Shown one piece after another: positions 1-8,790 of a stretch of 64,000 nt of DNA (positions within the stretch are counted from its first letter, which is position 1; every line of letters starts with the position of its first letter). The stretch is from Candidatus Woesearchaeota archaeon (GTDB lineage Archaea; Nanobdellota; Nanobdellia; Woesearchaeales; SKIA01), in the NCBI GenBank assembly GCA_047602905.1, contig JBLKOP010000004.1, forward strand, positions 33,990-97,989, read 5' to 3'. Below the pieces are notes generated by a model. It had not been told where the DNA came from. It worked only from the letters and a program-made list of their open reading frames with translations, and ran no database searches. The position numbers and the translations under genes were made by a program.

Positions 1-1010
1 ATGAGGCTGAACTCACTTATTTGCGCTACTGCGAGTCCTGCTTTGAAGCTTGTTTTTTTGTTAAAGCCTTTTAGTCCCATGAGTGTCATGACGATAAGCG
101 GGTTTCCTATGAGTACAAATAGGCTGAGAAGAATTGCTGGTATGATAAGTCCTGCTAGGCTTGCGAGTTCTAAGTGACTTCCGAGTACGATAAAGAAGAT
201 GGTTATGAAGAAGTCACGTAGAGGTTTTGCTTTGCTGGCTATTTCGTAGCTGTATGGTGTGCTTGCTATCATGAGTCCTGCTATAAGCGCGCCTATTTCT
301 AGTCCGAGGTTAGCTACGTAAAACACTGCTGCTACTGCAAAGCACCACGTTATGCTAAACAAAAAAATGGTTTCTTGGCTTTTTCCTGCGTAGCTAAGAA
401 TGTAGGGAAGCACGTATTTTGCTACGAAATACGCTGTTATGAACACGATTGTTGCTGTAAGGGCTGTTTGTAGTAGTGTTGTGGTGATTGCTTGTGTGCT
501 TCCTGCAAAGCTACTTACAAAGAGAAGTACGAGTACTACGATGATGTCTTGTACTATAAGAAAGCCTATAGCGATTTTTCCGTGTAGCGTATCAAGTTCT
601 TTCTTGTCAGTAAGAAGTTTTACGATGATTATGGTGCTGCTAAACGTGAGTGCTACTGCTATGTATATGCTTGCTGTTATTGGTAGTCCTAAGGTGCGTG
701 CGAGTATGAAGCCTATTGCGCTTGTGAAAAGTACTTGTCCTACTCCTGTGTACACGCTTATAAGTCCTACTTTTTGTAGGCTTTTGATGTCTAGGTTAAG
801 TCCTACGATGAAGAGTAGGAGCGCTATTCCTAGTTGTCCAAGTACTTCTAGGCTTGGTACCGCGCTTGTTACGTCTAGAAAGCTTGCTCCTAGGAGTATT
901 CCTGCGAGTATGTAACCAATAATGGGTGGTTGTTTGAGTGCTCGCAACAGCAGCACTATTCCTGTGGTTACGGTGAGTATGAGTGCTAGGCTGATGAGTT
1001 GTTCACTCAT
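1..1010 (-). CDS. Cation:proton antiporter, CPA2 (KefB/NapA-like) family; N-terminal ~336 aa, gene continues past window start
   Basis: Not in ORF track because it runs off the window. Own translation of minus strand from ATG (revcomp of 1008-1010): MSEQLISLALILTVTTGIVLLLRALKQPPIIGYILAGILLGASF... Multi-TM. CPA2-like core ...SSTIIIVKLLTDKKELDTLHGKIAIGFLIVQDIIVV... ATGA stop/start overlap with upstream gene at 1007-1010. Confidence 0.7.
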   Translation of the reverse strand, partial: MSEQLISLALILTVTTGIVLLLRALKQPPIIGYILAGILLGASFLDVTSAVPSLEVLGQLGIALLLFIVGLNLDIKSLQKVGLISVYTGVGQVLFTSAIGFILARTLGLPITASIYIAVALTFSSTIIIVKLLTDKKELDTLHGKIAIGFLIVQDIIVVLVLLFVSSFAGSTQAITTTLLQTALTATIVFITAYFVAKYVLPYILSYAGKSQETIFLFSITWCFAVAAVFYVANLGLEIGALIAGLMIASTPYSYEIASKAKPLRDFFITIFFIVLGSHLELASLAGLIIPAILLSLFVLIGNPLIVMTLMGLKGFNKKTSFKAGLAVAQISEFSL

Positions 1011-1795
1011 TGCGTATACCAAGCATGTATTTTGCTTCCTCCTGCGGGTATTGCTTTTATGTACGCGTCTAGGTCTCCTCCGAGTCGTTTGCGGAGTTGT
1101 TTTGCTACGTCGCTGGTTTTTTCTTCTCCTGGAATGATTTCTGCATATTCACTGCAGTGTTTCTTGCAGCTTTCTTTGCTTCCGACAAATACTTCTTTCT
1201 CATAGCCTTCTTGTTTGATTACTCCTATGCATAGGCGTACTTCTGGGTGTAGGTAGTTTGTTTCTCCTCGTATCATGAAGCTTCCTTTACTCAGGTATTC
1301 TCCGCTTTGTGCTTCTTTAGTTACTTGTTCTGGTTTTACGTAAAAGACTTCTAGTGTTGCGAGTCCTTTACTCCATGCTTTGCTATACGCAGCGGTTAGT
1401 TGTGCTGCTTCTTGGAGGTCTTGTTGCGTTGGTGTTTTTGCTTGTAGTATCGTAAATGGGCTTCCTGCCATGTCTGTGTGAAAGATGAGGTCTTCTGGTG
1501 TTGTTTGATGTTTTATGAGTGTCTCGTTTGCTGCTGCGTTGCTTCCTGCTATGAGTAGGTTTTCTGTGGTTGTTTTGCTCCAGTGGTATTTGTGGTACCA
1601 GTGCTCTTTGGGTTTTTGTAGTTGTATGCGTTGCTGCGTTTTCTGGGTTTCTTCTTTGCTTTTCTTGGCTTTCTCTTGTGCTTTGGTGAGTGCTTGTTGT
1701 GCTCCTGGGAGTTTGTTCTTTGCTTTTTTTGCTTTCTGAAAGTACTCTGCTGCGTTTTCTTGTAAGTTTTTTGTTAGGTCAAGGCGTATTTGCAT
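1007..1795 (-). CDS. NFACT-R (DUF814) domain RNA-binding protein (Rqc2/FbpA C-terminal-like) with Lys-rich coiled-coil N-terminus
   Basis: Motif LIFHTDMAGSPFTILQ (FHxDxxGSxxVIL) typical of NFACT-R/DUF814. Basic coiled-coil N-term. 4-nt overlaps with both neighbours, so operon member. Confidence 0.5.
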   Translation of the reverse strand: MQIRLDLTKNLQENAAEYFQKAKKAKNKLPGAQQALTKAQEKAKKSKEETQKTQQRIQLQKPKEHWYHKYHWSKTTTENLLIAGSNAAANETLIKHQTTPEDLIFHTDMAGSPFTILQAKTPTQQDLQEAAQLTAAYSKAWSKGLATLEVFYVKPEQVTKEAQSGEYLSKGSFMIRGETNYLHPEVRLCIGVIKQEGYEKEVFVGSKESCKKHCSEYAEIIPGEEKTSDVAKQLRKRLGGDLDAYIKAIPAGGSKIHAWYTQ

Positions 1796-1799
1796 GGTG

Positions 1800-2252
1800 T
1801 TAGCACAGAGGCACTCCTAGTATTTCTATTTCTTCTTTTGCACAACGTATACCTTGTACTTGTGGGGTTATGCTTGCTACGAGGTTGTTTGGACTGACTG
1901 TTCTGTGTAGTACAGTAAATTGGCTTATTTCTCCTGGTTGTAGGTTTGCTTGTAGTGTTTGCTCAGTTAGTTCTTGGCTTACGTCTATTACTCGTAGTAC
2001 TACGCTGTCTATGGGTGTTTCTGCGGTGTTTTTTATCAAAAACTTTACGTTTTGTGTTGGTGCGTCATAACATATCGCTTCTCCTTGTGGTGTTTGTTGG
2101 AGTTGTAGCTGTACGTTCTTGCACGTATCTGTTTCTTGGGTTGCTACTTCTACACTCCAGCTCATCACGAGTGTTCCTAGGCTTACCGCGAATGCTATGA
2201 GGAGTATTGTTGCCAGCAGAGGGCTGAGTCCTTTTTTGTTCTCACCTATCAT
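1800..2252 (-). CDS. Archaeal type IV pilin-like protein (class III signal peptide)
   Basis: N-terminus MIGENKKGLSPLLATILLIAFAVSLGTLV fits the archaeal prepilin peptidase motif (K/R)G(L/I)SP followed by a hydrophobic helix. Rest is a secreted domain. Confidence 0.55.
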   Translation of the reverse strand: MIGENKKGLSPLLATILLIAFAVSLGTLVMSWSVEVATQETDTCKNVQLQLQQTPQGEAICYDAPTQNVKFLIKNTAETPIDSVVLRVIDVSQELTEQTLQANLQPGEISQFTVLHRTVSPNNLVASITPQVQGIRCAKEEIEILGVPLC

Positions 2253-2548
2253 GTGTTTTTTGTTGGTGTCCTCTTCTTTTTAAGGTTGTTTGTGATGAAG
2301 TGTTCTAGGCAGTCTGTTGCGTCAAAATACGCTGCTCTTCGCAGGTCAGGACTTCCAAATTCTATCTTTATTGCTTCGTTGCTTCGTATCGTTGCTTGAC
2401 ATACTGGGCAGTGTTTATTACTTCCTCGTTGTTGTTCGTGTAGTCGTTGTTGTATGAGTCGTTGTAGCGTTCCTGCTTGTAGGTCTTGTTGTATGAGTAC
2501 AAGTTCTTTTGCGCTGAGTGTTTCTATTATTCTTGCGAGTTTGTTCAT
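2249..2548 (-). CDS. Hypothetical small protein (possible Cys/His metal-binding: CPVC...DC..H)
   Basis: 99-aa ORF with 4-nt overlaps linking it between the regulator and the pilin-like gene. No recognisable family. Confidence 0.35.
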   Translation of the reverse strand: MNKLARIIETLSAKELVLIQQDLQAGTLQRLIQQRLHEQQRGSNKHCPVCQATIRSNEAIKIEFGSPDLRRAAYFDATDCLEHFITNNLKKKRTPTKNT

Positions 2549-3174
2549 TGGTTGTTTCCTCGTTGTTTTCGTAACTCACCACTGGGGTCATAGGCTATTG
2601 TTGCGTCTTTGAGAAGGTCTTTGTAGTAGGGTTCTTGTTTGTGTAGTCCTTCTGCGAGTTCTTCTGGTGTGTGCGACCATATTGCTATTGTTTGTTGGCC
2701 TATGAGTGTGTGTATGGTTGTGCTCGCGTTTTCTCTAAATGCGGTGACGTTTTCTGCGAGTACGAGGAGTTCTGGTTGTTCTCTGTTGAGTACTGCTATT
2801 GTTTGTGCTTGTTTGAAGAGTTCTGCTCGTGTGAGTACGAGGCTGAGTAGGGGTATTTGGTGTTTGTGTGTGTATAGTGTTGCGAGGAGTTGTTCGTGGT
2901 TGGTTGCTTTGTTTGTGTGTTGTTGTGCTACTCCTGGTCCTATTGTTACGAGGTGTAGGTATGTTGCGGTTATTTCGTAGGTGTAGTGGATGTTTTTTCT
3001 TTGTGTTCGTTTTCTTGTTATTATTCCTGCTAGTTCTAGGTGTTTGAGTTGTTGGCTGATGTTTGCTTGGCTTGTGTTGAGGGTTTTTGCTAGCTCGCTT
3101 GTGCTTCTTGGTTGTTTAGCGAGTTCTTCTAGGATCGCCCATTTGCTTCCGCTGTAGAGGTATTCGACACGCAT
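2545..3174 (-). CDS. Winged-HTH transcriptional regulator (ArsR/TrmB-like N-terminus) with C-terminal sensor-like domain
   Basis: ILEELAKQPRSTSELAKTLNTSQANISQQLKHLELAGIITRKR is a canonical ArsR-type HTH. Divergent from the glgA operon. Confidence 0.55.
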   Translation of the reverse strand: MRVEYLYSGSKWAILEELAKQPRSTSELAKTLNTSQANISQQLKHLELAGIITRKRTQRKNIHYTYEITATYLHLVTIGPGVAQQHTNKATNHEQLLATLYTHKHQIPLLSLVLTRAELFKQAQTIAVLNREQPELLVLAENVTAFRENASTTIHTLIGQQTIAIWSHTPEELAEGLHKQEPYYKDLLKDATIAYDPSGELRKQRGNNQ

Positions 3175-3200
3175 TTTATTAATTACTTAATTAACTATAG

Positions 3201-3231
3201 TAATTCATTAGTTTATATAGTTAATGAATTA
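3201..3231. promoter_or_regulatory. Perfect 10-bp inverted repeat (TAATTCATTA / TAATGAATTA) flanking a TTTATATA TATA-like core, in the divergent intergenic region between the ArsR-like regulator and glgA
   Basis: Arms at 3201-3210 and 3222-3231, 11-nt spacer gtttatatagt. Lies in the 130-bp AT-rich intergenic region upstream of both divergent genes. Confidence 0.4.
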
Positions 3232-3305
3232 TTAAACAAAATAGACAATACGTTTTTAAAGCCAAACAAATATCCATACGTTGTGGTAACAAAGAGGGAG
3301 CAACA

Positions 3306-4553
3306 ATGAAAGTCTTAATGCTCGGATGGGAATTTCCCCCGTTCTTCGCAGGAGGAATAGGAATTGTCTGTTACGAACTAACAAAAGCACTTGCACAAAC
3401 AAGTGATACACAAATAAGCTATCTCATGCCCTTTGGACCAAGAAACGCAAACCCAGGATTTCTTAAACAACTACTCACAGCAGAAAACCTCATACCAAAC
3501 ATACGTATACACACCATAAAAACCACTCTACACGCGTACATGGGAGAGGAAGAATACAAAACAACGTACAACATACCTATGCTTGAAGAAAACAAGAACA
3601 GCTCTACAAAAAAGAAGTTGTACGGAGAAACCCTCATGCAAGAAGTACATAACTTCGCACACCGAGCAATGGCGATAGCAGAGTTTCAAGATTTCGACAT
3701 CATCCACTGCCACGACTGGATGACCATACCCGCAGCAATAGGAATAAAACAACGAACAAATAAACCCCTCATCGTTCACGTACACAACACCATCTACGAT
3801 AGGTACCTTAACGGAAGCAACCAAGTAGAGTACGACATAGAAAAACGAGGAATAGAAGAAGCAGACAAAATCATTTGCGTAAGTCACTACGTACGCAACC
3901 GACTCATCGAGTGCTACCAACCAACAAACCCAGACAAAGTAGTAGTAATTCACAACGCAGCCCAAGAACTCACAACAACACAGCACCAAGCACCAAAGAT
4001 TAAAGCACACGACAAAATAGTGTTGTTCGCAGGAAGAATAACCGCTCAGAAAGGACCAGAATACTTCTTACACGCAGCACGCCTAGTAGCTGATCACGAC
4101 CCAAACGTAAAGTTCGTCATGGCAGGAAGCGGCGATATGCTCACACGAATGATAGACTTAGCAGCAAGCCTACACCTAGCAGACAAAGTACTTTTTCCAG
4201 GCTTTTACACCCGAGAAGATATGGAGCGACTCTTCGAAATGGCCGATGTGTTTGTTATGCCAAGCGTTTCAGAACCCTTTGGTATCGTACCCTTAGAAGC
4301 AATGGCAAAAGGAAAAGCAACGATTATTAGCAAACAAAGCGGAGTAGCTGAAGTACTTAACCACGTACTCAAAATAGACTTCTGGGATACTGAAGAAATG
4401 GCAGAGAAAATCTTAGCAGTACTCAAGTACGAAGAGCTTCAACACACCTTAAGCGAGCACGGAAACTACGAAGTTCAACAACTCACCTGGCAAAAGACTG
4501 CTCAGAAAGTCCAGCAAGTCTACAACCAACTCCTCATGGAGGTATCTCACTAA
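3306..4553 (+). CDS. glgA: Glycogen synthase, archaeal GlgA type (GT5)
   Basis: MKVLMLGWEFPPFFAGGIGIVCYELTKALAQ is the archaeal GlgA N-terminal Gly-rich motif. ~415 aa. TAATG overlap with the next gene. Confidence 0.85.
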   Translation: MKVLMLGWEFPPFFAGGIGIVCYELTKALAQTSDTQISYLMPFGPRNANPGFLKQLLTAENLIPNIRIHTIKTTLHAYMGEEEYKTTYNIPMLEENKNSSTKKKLYGETLMQEVHNFAHRAMAIAEFQDFDIIHCHDWMTIPAAIGIKQRTNKPLIVHVHNTIYDRYLNGSNQVEYDIEKRGIEEADKIICVSHYVRNRLIECYQPTNPDKVVVIHNAAQELTTTQHQAPKIKAHDKIVLFAGRITAQKGPEYFLHAARLVADHDPNVKFVMAGSGDMLTRMIDLAASLHLADKVLFPGFYTREDMERLFEMADVFVMPSVSEPFGIVPLEAMAKGKATIISKQSGVAEVLNHVLKIDFWDTEEMAEKILAVLKYEELQHTLSEHGNYEVQQLTWQKTAQKVQQVYNQLLMEVSH

Positions 4554-5773
4554 TGGTATCAGTATGTATGTATTTTCACGCGCATCAACCACACCGCCTA
4601 AAGCGGTACGGGATGTTTGATATAGGCGTTCACAGCGAGTACTTTGATGAGGAAGCAAATAAACGAATCCTTGATAAAGTCAGTCATAAGTGCTATCACC
4701 CAACAAATAGTTTACTACGAGAACTTATTGATGAACACGCAGGAGACTTTAAAGTCAGTTTCTCTATTACAGGAACGATTCTTGACCAACTAGAAAAGCA
4801 CCGACCAGATATCTTAGAAACTTTCAAAGACCTAGCAGCAACAGGCCACGTAGAGTTTGTTAGCGAGACGTACTATCACAGCTTAGCATACCAGTTTAGT
4901 AAAGAGGAGTTTGAGCACCAAGTAGAGATGCACCGAGCAAAGATAAAAGAGCACTTTGGCCAAGACCCACAAGTATTTAGAAACACCGAGCTTATCTTCA
5001 ACAACGAACTAGCAAGTCACGTAGAGAAGATGGGTTTTACAGGTATTCTTGCTGAAGGAGCAGACCACATCCTTGGTTGGAGAAGCCCAAACTTCGTCTA
5101 CCGAGCAACAAGTACAGAATCAATAAAGGTACTGCTAAAGAATTATAAGCTCTCTGATGACATAGCATTTCGTTTCAGCAACAAAGGATGGGAAGAGCAC
5201 CCTCTTAGCGTTGAGAAATACGTTGATTGGATTAACCAAAATAATGGTAACGGAGAACTCGTTAATCTCTTCATGGACTACGAGACCTTTGGAGAGCACC
5301 AATGGGAGGACACAGGAATTTTTGAGTTTCTCAGACACCTACCAAGAGCAGTACTTGCACACCCAGATAACGATTTCGTAACAGTAAGTGAAGCAGTAAA
5401 TCGCTACGAGGTACGAGGAGAGTTTGACGCACACCACTTTATTAGCTGGGCTGATCTTGAACGAGACTTAAGTGCTTGGTTGGGTAATCCTTTACAAGAT
5501 AGAAGCATAGAAGCACTATACAAATTAGAGAAACGAATAAAAGCCACTGGTGACGAAAGGTTAATAAGGGACTGGCGGTGGTTAACTACTAGTGATCACT
5601 TCTACTACATGTGTACGAAGTGGTTTACCGACGGGGACGTGCATAAGTACTTCAACGCGTTTGACAGCCCATACGAAGGCTTCATCGCGTTCATGAACGC
5701 TCTTCACGACGTGGAGCTGCGCTTAAAAGAGTACGAGAAAGCGCAAGAACCCGAGACGGTACAAACAACATAG
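4553..5773 (+). CDS. GH57-family glycoside hydrolase (alpha-amylase/4-alpha-glucanotransferase-like)
   Basis: N-terminal YFHAHQP (GH57 region I HQP), Glu/Asp-containing regions GILAEGADH and FMDYETFGEH. Co-operonic with glgA. Confidence 0.65.
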   Translation: MVSVCMYFHAHQPHRLKRYGMFDIGVHSEYFDEEANKRILDKVSHKCYHPTNSLLRELIDEHAGDFKVSFSITGTILDQLEKHRPDILETFKDLAATGHVEFVSETYYHSLAYQFSKEEFEHQVEMHRAKIKEHFGQDPQVFRNTELIFNNELASHVEKMGFTGILAEGADHILGWRSPNFVYRATSTESIKVLLKNYKLSDDIAFRFSNKGWEEHPLSVEKYVDWINQNNGNGELVNLFMDYETFGEHQWEDTGIFEFLRHLPRAVLAHPDNDFVTVSEAVNRYEVRGEFDAHHFISWADLERDLSAWLGNPLQDRSIEALYKLEKRIKATGDERLIRDWRWLTTSDHFYYMCTKWFTDGDVHKYFNAFDSPYEGFIAFMNALHDVELRLKEYEKAQEPETVQTT

Positions 5774-5784
5774 GAGAACTATAG

Positions 5785-6453
5785 GTGAGTAAAATGGCAA
5801 AATCAGAATCAGACCTTTCTACAATACAAGGTGTCGGACCAGCAACGCGCAAAAAACTTGAGCAAGCAAGCATAACTACTATTGCTGCTCTACAGAAGGA
5901 GAGCGCTTCTTCTCTTGCAAAAAAAACTTCTTTAAGCGAGAAGCAAGCAAGTAATGTTTTAGCAGCAGCAAGTAAAGTCCCAGCAAAAAAGAAAGCAGTT
6001 AAGAAAACAACAAAGAAGGCAGCAAAGAAAGCAAGTAGTAAGAAAAAACCTGCTGCAAGAAAAACGAGTAGCAAAAAAACTTCTGCGAAAAAGAAGAAGA
6101 GTAAACGGTCTTCTTCAGTAAACGCCAAGCAAGCAGCTAGCGCAGCAGCAGCTGCTATGAAAGATATCGTTGCTCGAGCGCGCGACCACTTCAAAACAGC
6201 ACCTAGAGAGCACGTCTTTATTCTTCACTCAGGAGAAGAACTCAAAGACCTCTTTGACTTAGCAAGAGCTCTTGAAGACATCGCTGATCACGTATTCGCT
6301 CATCACGTAAATGAGGATCGTCACGACTTCGCTAACTGGGTTCAGCACGTTCTTGACGAGCACGCACTCGCAGAGGATTTGCGAGAGAGTAGACGCCACC
6401 CGCAAGCGCATGAACGAGTCATTTATCGTCACATAACACGGAGAGTGTGGTAA
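5785..6453 (+). CDS. HhH-motif DNA-binding protein with Lys/Ala-rich histone-H1-like tract and C-terminal domain of unknown function
   Basis: LSTIQGVGPATRKKLEQASITTIAALQ is a helix-hairpin-helix. Residues 60-110 are KKA/KKT low complexity. C-terminal domain (HVNEDRHDFANWVQHVLDEHALAEDL) is repeated at the start of the next ORF. Same frame as 6457..7020, separated only by TAA GCG. Confidence 0.55.
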   Translation: MSKMAKSESDLSTIQGVGPATRKKLEQASITTIAALQKESASSLAKKTSLSEKQASNVLAAASKVPAKKKAVKKTTKKAAKKASSKKKPAARKTSSKKTSAKKKKSKRSSSVNAKQAASAAAAAMKDIVARARDHFKTAPREHVFILHSGEELKDLFDLARALEDIADHVFAHHVNEDRHDFANWVQHVLDEHALAEDLRESRRHPQAHERVIYRHITRRVW

Positions 6454-6456
6454 GCG

Positions 6457-7020
6457 ATGGTAAACCCGTTTTATTTCTCAGATGGTAAGCAAGCAACAAA
6501 TACGCATGAGTTACTTGCTGTTCTTGAAGAAACGGATGAAGAAGCGGTTGCTAGTCACGTTCGTGAAGGACACTTTGCTAGTTGGGTTGAGCATGAACTA
6601 CACAACAAAGCTTTAGCGAATCGTCTGCTTCAATGTAGAAGTTCTCAGCAAGTAATTGATGTTCTTCATCTAGAGCACACTCCTGTAGCGAGTGCTTCTA
6701 AGCAGGAGTCTTCTGCTGTTATTCGTGACTTGCAACGACCAAAAACAGCAGGCTCCCAGGAGGATATTCCTACTATGAGTTCTTCTAAGAAAGAGTCTTC
6801 TCTTGAGCAAAGCCTCTCTTCTAAAAAAGAGCAGCAAGAAAGTACTCAAGAGGAGGTACGTAAGCCTTCAGTTGCGCCTACTAAGCCTTCTCTTCCTTCA
6901 CGCATCCCTACTACGAGTTCTTCTTCTAGTAGTTATAATGCTAAGGAGTTCGTTTTAGGGTTAGCTATAGGAACTATTCTTGGGGTGCTTATTCACGCGT
7001 TAATTATTGCTCTTACGTAG
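6457..7020 (+). CDS. Tail-anchored membrane protein carrying a second copy of the unknown domain, a Ser-rich linker and a C-terminal TM helix
   Basis: SHVREGHFASWVEHELHNKALANRL parallels the HVNEDRHDFANWVQHVLDEHALAEDL of the upstream ORF. C-terminus FVLGLAIGTILGVLIHALIIALT. In frame with 5785..6453. Confidence 0.5.
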   Translation: MVNPFYFSDGKQATNTHELLAVLEETDEEAVASHVREGHFASWVEHELHNKALANRLLQCRSSQQVIDVLHLEHTPVASASKQESSAVIRDLQRPKTAGSQEDIPTMSSSKKESSLEQSLSSKKEQQESTQEEVRKPSVAPTKPSLPSRIPTTSSSSSSYNAKEFVLGLAIGTILGVLIHALIIALT

Positions 7021-7026
7021 ATAGGG

Positions 7027-8784
7027 ATGACTGATGAACGAGTAGTTGTTGAGGTAGCTTGGGAGGTTGCAAACAAGGTTGGAGGTATTCATACGGTTGT
7101 TTCTACAAAAGCAGCTTCTCTTACTCAGCGTTTTAAGAATTATTTGTGTGTTGGTCCGTTATTTGCTCAAAAGAAGTTAGAGAACGTTACTGAGCACCCT
7201 CCTCCTTCTGAGCTAGCTGTTGTTCTTGATGATTTGCGTCTGCGAGGAATTCATTGTTTGTATGGTACGTGGGATATTCCTGGTAGTCCTCGCGTGTTAT
7301 TGTTAGATGCGAGTAGTGCTGATCTTGATTGGGATGGTATGAAGGCTTCTTACTGGCAGGATTTTGGTGTTGATACGTTGCGTGCTGAGTGGGATGTTCT
7401 TGAGCCTCTTCGTTGGGCGAGTGCTTGTGGGTTGTTTCTTGATTTGTATCAGCAGCGCTTGGGTGTTCGTGTTCTTGCGCAGTTTCATGAGTGGATGGCT
7501 GGTTTTGGTGTGTTGTATTGTAAGCAGCATAACGCGCAGGTAAAAACTATTTTTACTACTCACGCTACGGTTCTTGGTCGTAGTCTTTCCTCGAGTACGA
7601 ACGAGGATATTTATTCTCTTATTGAGTCTGTTGATATTGATGCTCAGGCTCGTGAACTTGGTGTTTTTGAGAAGCATTCTTCTGAGAAAGCTGCTGCTTT
7701 GGCTTGTGATGTGTTTACTACTGTTTCTGAGATTACTTCTTTAGAAGCCTCGTATGTTCTTTCTCGCTCTCCTGATGTTATTTTGCCTAATGGGCTTGTT
7801 TCTGAGAGTGATTCTGAGCGCTCAGTTCTTCATCGTGTGAGTCGTGAGCGTTTGCGAGATTTTGTGTACGCGTATTTCTTTGGTCATCACCAGTTTGATT
7901 TGGATGAGACGCTCTTGTTTTTTACGAATGGTCGTTATGAGTTTCATAACAAGGGTCTTGATGTGCTTACGGATGCTCTTGGTGTTCTTAATCGTCGTTT
8001 GCGGGAGGCTAATCATAAGAAGCGTGTCGTGGTGTTTTATTGTATTCCTAGTGATTCCCATAATATTAAGGAGGATGTGTTGCAGTCTCAGCGAGCGTTT
8101 TCTTCTCTTCGCTTATTTGTTGATGAGCACGTGGATGATTTGAAGCGTCGGTTGTTGCGTAGTGCTTTGCGTATTGGTTCGTTGTCTTCTGATGAGATAC
8201 TTGATGATTCTGTTCGTGAACAAATTTCTTCTTTAGCTCAGCAGCTTGTTCGTTCTCGTCCTCCTTCTGTGTGTACGCATCACCTTCCTGGGGAGTCTTC
8301 TGATGATCTTGTTCGGTTCTTTTCTCGTAATGAATTAACTAATTCTGCTGATGATTGGGTAAAAGTTATTCGTCTTCCTGTGTATCTTGATGGCGCTGAT
8401 GGTCTTCTGAATTTGTCTATGCAGGAGGTTGGTAGTGGTTGTCATCTTGGGTTGTTTGTGAGTTATTATGAGCCTTGGGGCTATACTCCTCTTGAGAGCG
8501 CTACTTGGGGTACTCCTGCTATCACTACTGATTTGGCTGGTTTTGGTCGTTTTGTTCGTGAGCACGCTTCTTCTCAGCAGGGCGTTGTTGTTCTTGATCG
8601 TCATAAAAAGTCGTATGAGGATGTTGTTTCTTCTCTTGCTAGCGCGATGTTTTCTTTTGTTGAGTTATCTCAGGATGAACGTCGTTTGCGTCGCGAGGAG
8701 GCTTTAGGGGTTTCTTCTCTTGCTCAGTGGAGTGAGTTTATCAAGCATTATTTTTCTGCTTTTGATTTAGCGTACGAAAAATAA
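7027..8784 (+). CDS. Eukaryote-type glycogen synthase (GT3 family)
   Basis: Blocks shared with metazoan/fungal glycogen synthase: VEVAWEVANKVGGIHTVVSTKA, FHEWMAGFGV...KTIFTTHATVLGR, VFTTVSEITSLEASYVLSRSPDVILPNGL, FFTNGRYEFHNKGLDV, PPSVCTHHL...SSDD, HLGLFVSYYEPWGYTPLES...DLAGFG. Confidence 0.85.
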   Translation: MTDERVVVEVAWEVANKVGGIHTVVSTKAASLTQRFKNYLCVGPLFAQKKLENVTEHPPPSELAVVLDDLRLRGIHCLYGTWDIPGSPRVLLLDASSADLDWDGMKASYWQDFGVDTLRAEWDVLEPLRWASACGLFLDLYQQRLGVRVLAQFHEWMAGFGVLYCKQHNAQVKTIFTTHATVLGRSLSSSTNEDIYSLIESVDIDAQARELGVFEKHSSEKAAALACDVFTTVSEITSLEASYVLSRSPDVILPNGLVSESDSERSVLHRVSRERLRDFVYAYFFGHHQFDLDETLLFFTNGRYEFHNKGLDVLTDALGVLNRRLREANHKKRVVVFYCIPSDSHNIKEDVLQSQRAFSSLRLFVDEHVDDLKRRLLRSALRIGSLSSDEILDDSVREQISSLAQQLVRSRPPSVCTHHLPGESSDDLVRFFSRNELTNSADDWVKVIRLPVYLDGADGLLNLSMQEVGSGCHLGLFVSYYEPWGYTPLESATWGTPAITTDLAGFGRFVREHASSQQGVVVLDRHKKSYEDVVSSLASAMFSFVELSQDERRLRREEALGVSSLAQWSEFIKHYFSAFDLAYEK

Positions 8785-8790
8785 GGTTTT

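Noticed and set aside
439-915. 158-aa + strand ORF
   Set aside because: Low-complexity product lying antisense to a well-formed CPA2 antiporter gene on the minus strand (1..1010). Shadow ORF.
7303-8143. Several 79-124 aa ORFs on both strands inside the GT3 glycogen synthase gene
   Set aside because: Antisense or out-of-frame shadows of a strongly conserved gene. Products are low complexity and reflect the local T/G codon skew.
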